From Nemertoderma westbladi (taxonomy: Eukaryota > Animalia > Xenacoelomorpha): a stretch of DNA of 58,755 bases. The notes below the pieces were generated by a model that did not search any database, was not told the origin of the DNA, and worked only from the letters and a program-made list of their open reading frames with translations. Shown here in pieces: positions 51,109 to 58,755 of this stretch; position 1 is the first letter of the stretch, and every line of letters starts with the position of its first letter. The stretch is from the NCBI GenBank assembly GCA_032718475.1, contig JAUCBJ010009003.1, positions 1-58,755 of the forward strand. Reading direction: 5' to 3'. Both the position numbers and the translations under genes were made by a program.

Positions 51109-54100
51109 TCAACTGGTGATGGCTACTATTTTTTCGTGATTCTCCATTGTCTCTGGGCCGAATAGTGCTATGGTCATTAGCGATGTCGGCTCCTGTTCCT
51201 TTTTCTTCTTCCAGACCAATTTCTTCACGCTGCTCCAATTCATCCTCTCGTTGGATTCCTGTCTTTTCAGTTTCCTTGTTGGAATGGTCCCATAATCTAT
51301 ATCTTCCTCTTGTCTTGGTATTGTACCCCCTTGTATTGGAACTTTCTGACAGCAGTAAGAATTCCTCATGATCGTCTTGTCGCCTCGTCTTGCCCAAATA
51401 GCATTTCCATTACACCTTATAACTGTATATATATCACTGCTATAAGGAGTACTGAACTTGTTCACCTTCTTCTGTCGTATTAATATTCTGTCACCGACTT
51501 GGATGCCATGGGGTTTCACACTATTTCTTCTATCAAAGTCATTCTTCATTTTGGTTTTCTGAATCTCGTCGAAATATTGTGCTTTAGCAAGTATGGCTCG
51601 TTGATCCATTAAGTTTATTGCTGGAATCTTTGTTCTTACTCTTCGACCCAATAAGAGCTCAGCTGGTGGTACCCCTGTCATCGAATGTTGAGTATTTCGG
51701 TACATAAACAGAAATTTCTGTAGTGCTTTGGACAATGGAATTTGCTGTAACTTTGCTGCTTTCAGTGATTTCATCATTGTCCTAAAGAACCGCTCAATCT
51801 CTGCATTGGCTTGAGGATAATATGGTGTTATTTTACGATGATGAATCCCCCGCTCTTGACAAAACTCCTTCATCTTCTTACTTCTAAATTGTGGGCTATT
51901 GTCCGAAATTATTGTCACTGGTACACCATGAGTGGCAATTGACTGTTCTAGGCAAGTAAGGACCACATCAGTCTCAGTGGAGTTAACCAAATAGCAATCA
52001 GGCCAACGACTTGATGCATCAATTATACCTACTATATATTTCCCATTTCCATTTGGAAGTGGACCACATATATGCACATTCAGTTCTTGCCATGTATCTT
52101 GCATTTTAGTTGGTATGAGAGGTTCAAATATTGTTCTGGTATTCTGTGCAACGCATTGTATGCAGGATTTAATAGATTCTTCAATTTCCTTGTCCATTTG
52201 GGGCCACCATACCTTTGTTCACAGCAGAGACTTGGTACGCACAATACCTTGATGGCCTTCATGGGCAATTTCAATAATTCGTTTACGTAATTTCTGTGGA
52301 ATTAATATTCTGGATTCTCTGATTATTAGACCTCTTTTATTTGTTAATTCATTCGAGATTGTCTTATATCGTTTTACTTTCTCACTGGACCAGTTATTAG
52401 TGGATAGCGCATCCTGCAGGTCCAAAATTTCTTCGTCTTCTATAGAATATTTAATGAGTTCTTGAAGCGTAATTGCCCGTGGTACAGAATTGCTTATAAT
52501 ATAACTTACATAAGATTCAGCAATTTCTTGTTCTACAGATACATTTCCAACTGATTCAATTGGTTTTCGAGATTGCATATCCGATGGATTAGTTTTACCC
52601 GGCATATATTTCAATTTGAATTTATATTGCTGTGTTTTCATGCACCAGCTAAGAATGCATGCATTTGGTTTTCCTTTGGGGCTAAACAACACCTCTAATG
52701 GTTTATGATCAGAATAGATGATGAATTCTTGGCCATAGATGTATATGTAAAACCTTTCACATGCCCAGGCAACTGCCAATGCTTCTCTTTCAGTTTGTGA
52801 ATATCTTCTTTCTGTAGGTGTAAGAGATCGTGAAGCATACATTATGCTTTGGAGCTTATTGCCTCCACTATCCTGCATAAGAATTGCTCCTAGACCAACT
52901 GGGCTTGCATCCACTATTAGAGATGTTTGGGGTGAAGTGTCCCACTAGCGTTTCATCTGTAATGATATCTTTCAATGTTTGGAAACAGTTTTCCTCTATT
53001 TTTGTCCATTGCCATTTCTGTTCCTTCCTAGTGAGCTTTTTAAGAGGTTCACTAACTGTTGCGAGGTTTGGTATAAATCGGGACAGAAACCCAATTAATC
53101 CTAAGAAACTTCTAACCTCTGCGACAGTATTTGGTCGTGGGAAAATCTTAATAGCCTCTACTTTTGACTGAGATGGTGAAATTCCCTTCCTTGATATCTT
53201 ATGGCCATAAAATTCAACTTCTCTTGCTGCAAAGGTGCATTTCTCCAGTTTAAGTGTTAGATTGTTTTCATCCAGTGCTTCCAAGACTCTTTTCATGATC
53301 ATGTAATGATTTTCCCCATATAATAATATCATCTGCTATATTTCTACTTTGAGGACAGTTTATTAATATTTGACTGAGGATTTTCTGTCCTTCCTCAGAT
53401 GCTGAGGTTATTCCCATAACCAATCGTTTATATCTGTATAGCCCCTGATGGGTTGAAAATGTTGTTATTTCTCTGGATTCTTCATCCAGTTCTATTTGGT
53501 GGTAGTAACTCCTCAAGTCAAGTTTCGTGAATACAGTTGCCCCATTAATGTTTTCTAGAATTTCCTCGAAAGTCGGTATTGGATATCGGCTGCGTACTAT
53601 GGCTTGATTGGCTTGTCGAAGATCTACACACATGCGTAAATCTCCGTCTGGTTTAGGGGCTGTAATTAATGGGGATATCCATGGTGTTGGTCCCTCGACT
53701 CTTTCAATTATTCCCTCCTTTAGCATTTCTTGAATTTTACGTTCCACTTCTCCTCGAATATGGAAAGGGACCCTCCTGTATTGTTGAGCCACTGGTGGAT
53801 AGCTCATGTTGATGTTGAGCTTGACTTTAACCCCTTTCAAATGACCCAAACCTTCAAAAGTGCTGGCATGTTCTTTGATTATTTGGTTTGTTGATTCCGG
53901 GATTTTGTTTCCTTTTGATGTTATTGAATGGATATCTGTGCCCAAACTGTGCTGGTTGTTTATTATAATTAGTCCGAGTTTCTGTGCTATTTTGCTAGAT
54001 AAAATATTTCCAGCAAATTCAGATTCAGTAACTAACACCCTATCAATTTCCCGATGCCCATTCACCTCTATTACTGATAAATACTCACCCTGCAATGGTA

Positions 54101-55430
54101 TCGATTATGTACATCCATAGGCTTGGGGTTTGGCTGTTGTTGGTTGTAACGTTATATTTCTCTGCTGTTGAATTATATAATTGAAAGTTGATCCATCAAT
54201 CATTGTTACAGTTGACCCTGAGTCAGCTAACATCTCAGTTTTTATTCCATCTAACTGTATAGTACACATTTCTTTCTTTCCCACTCGATTAATAGAAGTG
54301 TTATCAATGTGGAAAACAAATGTATCATCTTCATCATCTAAATACTCTATCTGATGATTGGTATTATTGTAGGCTTCTATATTCTCATTCTCCCAGATCT
54401 CCCTGACTCTGGGTTGGTTACTATTACTATTGTTGTCGTTTGATTTCCGACGGCAAGCAATTGCAATGTGATTTTGAATTCCACAATAGTTGCAGGTTTT
54501 TCCTACAGCCGGGCATGAGCGATCACCAAATGCATGATCTGTCCGCGTACATCCATAGCAAAAATAGGTTCCAGTCCCATTATTTGAAAAACGTTGAGGT
54601 TGTGTATTGTTTTGTGATTGAGCAGATTGTGTTGTCTGTGGACGAACACTGGCTTCTCCTTCCCATCGTCGTGGTTGGAATCGCGGTTGGAGTTGTGGAT
54701 GTTGACGTAGTTTGCCTGCTGTTTGAGGTGGATTTCTCCATTGTTCCCTTCCGGATTGATTTCTCCAATGTTCCCTTCCGGATGTTGGCACTGTGGCTTG
54801 CCTCCTTTCGGCTATGCCTATTCGATTTACTTTGAGACTACTCTGATTAGGTGTTTCTGATTCGATCTCTGATGCCTGTTTCTCAGCTGATTCGAAGGTA
54901 TAGGCAATCTGTTTCATTTTAACTAAAGTTAAATCAGTTTCTTTTAAAAATGCTCTCCTAAGTTTATTTGAGCAAGTTTTTTCGATTACTTGATCAACTA
55001 TTGCTTTTTCTGTATTGTAATTTTCGAAATTACAGTCCACCGATTTGTTCTTTAGGCGAGTTACATATCGACCAGTAGCCTCCCCTTCTTCTTGTCCCAT
55101 AGATCGGAATTTGTGTCGTTCAAATGTTTCGTTTCGTTTTAATTGAAACTGTTCGTCTAGAGAAACAATAATTGATGGGTAGTCTTTTGTTTGTTCTTCA
55201 GTGAGTGTGTCAGTTATGTCCCGGAGCTGTTCGCCACCAGTATAAAGTAATAGTCCTCGTTTCTGTATTTGGTTGGTTACATTTGACGCTATGATGAATA
55301 ATTCGAAATTTTGTTTCCACTTCTTCCAGGTCGTTGTTTGATCGACCTCTTCGGAAGCGAGATTTAGTGGATCTGGCTGGTTAATGTTCGTTAGTGGTTG
55401 TTGATTGTTTGGCAGAGGTGGTGGATTCAT
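51109..55430 (-). pseudogene. Gypsy gag-pol with 2 nonsense codons and 2 frameshifts
   Basis: Two CCHC knuckles, LADSGS protease, IADD RT, DASPVGLG RNase H, SDNSPQF integrase. In-frame TAA at 54105, frameshifts at ~53300 and ~52920, in-frame TGA at 52219. Confidence 0.92.
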
Positions 55431-55551
55431 TTTGTAATTGTGTTAGGACTGTTGTTTGGTTGTATCGAAACGGAATTCTGAAAGTGTTGTTTCCTTATTT
55501 CTGTAGTTTGTTAGTTATTTAATGTAGATGTCGGTTATTCAATTCGTTTTG

Positions 55552-55569
55552 ATCCCATCCTCGTCGCCA
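55552..55569 (-). promoter_or_regulatory. Primer binding site complementary to the tRNA-Ser(GCU) 3' end
   Basis: TGGCGACGAGGATGGGAT, 1 nt after the 5' LTR; tRNA identity from memory. Confidence 0.85.
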
Positions 55570-55570
55570 T

Positions 55571-55810
55571 TATAATGTTCTTAATCTCCGGATATATAAT
55601 CGGCAGATATAGCATTACATATAATCGGCAGATATACATATAATACGTGAGTCAACAGTACAGTAGTATTCCCTAAATGCTGCTCTGCAGCGGTACCGGT
55701 ATGTGGACCATAATCCCTAAAGTAATACCTCACTAGTCCCCTAGGGTATATATCCCCGTCCTCCTTTCAGTTTTGAATCTCCCTCCACCTGTATATTCTA
55801 CAACACTATA
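55571..55810 (-). repeat. Gypsy 5' LTR
   Basis: 240 bp; minus-strand termini TATAGTGTT...AACATTATA. Confidence 0.95.
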
Positions 55811-56955
55811 GAGGGATAATTCAAATTGTATTGAAAAATAAGGAAGAATCCTTCTTAACTAAAATTTTCGATATGGGGGTTTTCTGGGATGGTGATTGCA
55901 TTTCCGGTGTCAGTTTTGACGTTTGATGAATTCCAGTCTGTCAGTCTATCTGTTTGTCGGGCAATCTGCCTGTCTGTCAGTCAATAATTAAGGAAACGCA
56001 CTACCGAACTGAAATTTAGGTTATGGGGGTTTTCCTGGTCGGTGATTTCAATACCGAAGGTAGTTTTGACGTTTGATGAATTCCAGACTGTCTAACTGTC
56101 AGTCTGTCTGTTTATCAGACAATCTGTCCGTCTGTCAGTCGAAATTTAGGAAAGGACACGACATCGCTAAAAATTGATTTCAAGGGGTTTTAGTGGACGG
56201 TGATTCCATTTCTGATGTCAATATTGAAATATAATGGCTTTGTGTTGGGTCTGTATTCATGTCGGTCTCTGTCCGTCAAAATATAACAGACAGACAGACA
56301 TCCTAATACCATCTAGAATCCTTTAACCGTTAAAACGGACATAAGTAATGGAATCATAGACCAGGAAAACCTCTACAATAATATTTTCAGTTGTGTATTT
56401 CATTCATTACTTTTTGACTGACAGACAGGCCAACAAACAGAAAGACAGACAGACAGACAGATAGCAAAATTCCTACAGTATGGCAAAATTGTACATTGCA
56501 TGTGTTTCTTAAATTTTGTCAGACTGACCGACTGACAGACAAACAGACAGCTATAACTCGAGAACTAAAAGAGATCTTGCATTGTCGGATCCAGAATCCG
56601 TAAAAAAAATTTTTTGATTTTTTTAAACTTTGACCACAAACACGTGCCCTTAATAATTCAGGTTACAGTTTTACCTTTATCTCACTTAAAGTGCTTCTTT
56701 TCAATATTTGACTTAATCGTTCAAAATTATACTTTATAACATTGTATGCTGGAATAATTACTATCTATATTATGCACTTTACAGAGGACAATTTAGATGA
56801 ACAACCTAAGACAACTCCAATCAGTGGAGCATTGCGTCATCCTATTTACCTAAATAAATGATTTTAATAAACTATTATTATTATTTTAAGTTACTTAAAT
56901 TTAAAATTGATAATTTAATTATTGTAATAATATAATATTTTATAATGTGTTTCAG

Positions 56956-57257
56956 AGTCTGGATCAACTGTCGGCTGGCCGGAGACGGAGTGGGAACCGA
57001 AGGGTTACTTCCGGTACTTCCATGAGTCGGAGACCGGAAAGCAACTGAAAGCGCAACGTCGTCGGATAATCATCGGGATCTGCGCGGTCATCGGGTTCGG
57101 TATACTCGTGCTCATCGTGTACCTCGTCATCAGATTCCGAAACAAACGGAAAGCCGGTGCCTACCAGACCAGGGAGGCTGAGGACACCGATAAAACATTC
57201 GATATAAAAACCGCGGATGGGAAACTCAACGACCAATACCAGGAGCATTACGCCTGA
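56956..57257 (+). CDS. ACE: ACE-like gene terminal coding exon: stalk, transmembrane helix, cytoplasmic tail
   Basis: tttcag|AG; phase 1 gives ESGSTVGWPETEWEPKG (cf. ACE LGWPQYNWTP)..RRRIIIGICAVIGFGILVLIVYLVIRFRNKRK..QEHYA*. Not in the ORF track. Confidence 0.9.
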
Positions 57258-57984
57258 AAGATTCAATTTTATTCGTTTATTTTTTACTTAAACAGGAAAC
57301 ATTGTTCCCAAATATTTTCCTGTTTGTTGCCAAGGTCGCATATTCGACTAGTTTTTATAATTTTTTAGTCTTGCTTCCTCCTTCCACATCTAGAATTTCC
57401 ACTAAGTAAATATGTAACTTATTATTCGGGCCATAGAATCTTTCGGCAGTCAAAAGAACAGCAATTAATTGCCTTTGTGAATTCGAGTCACAGATTGTTT
57501 CACAACTTATTTATCTTTTAATTGTTATTTTAATAATTTTCTCCGAAAGATATAGTTTCCCTTTAATTTACTTGGAGTCAAATACAACCATGAGTTTGCA
57601 AATGGTCATGTATTTATACTTTGGTGTTCCAGAATTCTAAGATCCCTGACTTTGGGATGTTCGACTTTGATGTTAGGCTTTATACTTTGGACATATTTAC
57701 AACTCACTTCTATTAAGTGGTTGTTCACAAACAAATTTTTATTGCTAATATGCCGAAATATTTATCTGTCTTTGTTTGTAATATTATATTATTTAGTTGT
57801 TTTTATTGTTAAACAAACATTGCAATATTTTACGATTTATTTTTTTACTATTTTCAAAGTGCGTGCTTCAATATTGGTGCCGTGCAGTGCACTGGTATGG
57901 TAAAGGATTTCTCAATGTAGAACCTGTAGTTTTGTGTTTGTGGCAATTGATTTAATCATCACCCATTAATCATTACTAGAAGCC

Positions 57985-58050
57985 GAGCCCAACCCTGGCT
58001 TTCATCCTTAACTGGTCGATAAATGGGAACCAAGGCGACTTGGGAAACAG
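57985..58050 (+). mobile_element. Degenerate SINE central-domain fragment related to the SINE at 22631
   Basis: caaccctggctttcatccttaactggtcgataaatgggaaccaag resembles cactcagcctttcatccactggggtcgataaaatgagtaccag. Confidence 0.5.
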
Positions 58051-58755
58051 AGTGGAAGGGTTTACTGTGGAATATCACCCATCATGGTGGTGGACAGGAA
58101 TTCATTAGCTTAATGAGTAAAAAGATTCTCCCATTAATTAATCATTAATTATATTAAAATTTAGTTAATCAAGAGAAGTAATCGCAATATTGTATATAAT
58201 GTATACTGAACTCCTTAAATACATAAAACATTATTTTATTATTTCGAATTGTTGAGATCCTGTTGAGATCCTAATTTATGGTCATCAATGGATTTGTCCC
58301 CCCCGACTGTGTTATTGTTTTAGAATAGCCTTCATTAACTACATCACATCAGTAGTACAACAAACATTAGTATTTGTTGCTTCTAAAAGCGAATTTCCAT
58401 AAAAATTGTTTCACTTTATGTTCTTTTTCTATTAAATATATAATTATGTTTTCCGTTTCGCTAATCTGCGGCTATATTGTAGTTTGTGATCAGTAATTAT
58501 CACTAACTACTAACAGTTTAAATGTTTCAATTCTTATATTGCAATGTATTGGGAGGGGGTTGTAGTTGGCTGCAACCACAAACTCCCCTATAATATTTTT
58601 TAGATTTTCTCAACACCAGGTAAACCGTTATGTTTGTTATTTACGCTGCCGTTATTTTGCCTTAGACCAAAACCACGATATATATTTTAATTAATTCATT
58701 ATAGTTGGAGTATTACTCATATGTGTAATTCGGTTTTTTCTTTGTCTTTCTGGGT

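Larger units (their letters stand above)
50657..55810 (-). mobile_element. Full-length Gypsy (Mag-like) LTR retrotransposon, 5154 bp
   Basis: Two 240-bp LTRs with 1 visible mismatch; TSD GAGGG (50652-50656, 55811-55815); PBS and PPT present; order gag-PR-RT-RH-IN. Confidence 0.96.
50213..56649. mobile_element. Non-autonomous Kolobok-like DNA transposon (~1.28 kb net), interrupted by the Gypsy element
   Basis: ttaa|GGGCACGAGTTTGT ... ACAAACACGTGCCC|ttaa: 14-bp TIR with 1 mismatch, TTAA flanks, purine-purine start; internal ctgtc/gacag repeats in inverted arrangement. Confidence 0.7.

Noticed and set aside
54096-54110. Programmed stop read-through between Gypsy gag and pol
   Set aside because: The TAA falls inside the protease domain and the element has other lesions; a simple nonsense mutation is more likely.
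56964-57266. 100-aa minus-strand ORF
   Set aside because: Antisense shadow of the ACE terminal exon.

Overview
AT-rich eukaryotic (invertebrate-animal-like) DNA covering the 3' two-thirds of a spliced, plus-strand angiotensin-converting-enzyme-like (peptidase M2) gene. Eight coding exons are reconstructed by hand between 24840 and 57257, with an HESGH zinc motif, a C-terminal transmembrane helix and hugely expanded introns. Upstream exons were not found and probably lie left of the window. Intronic content: two tandem, rearranged BEL/Pao LTR retrotransposon copies (1-17.6 kb), a CRE-clade LINE fragment, tRNA-derived SINEs, a foldback MULE-like element, and a Gypsy element with TATA..TATA LTRs nested in a TTAA-flanked Kolobok-like element. 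Main result: the two satellites flanking exon 24840-24988 are built from the gene's own exon-intron junctions. The ~17 kb, 37-bp array is ~460 copies of the last 31 nt of that exon plus its GTAAGT donor. The upstream 36-bp array reads as (xx)LFNVATNY|GTAAGT, which appears to be the end and donor of the preceding exon. Second result: a 17-nt motif recurs at five non-homologous positions of the BEL element in different reading frames, and one copy has lost exactly the RT-RNaseH module between two such motifs while keeping an open Gag-PR-IN frame. All calls are by eye; no searches were run.
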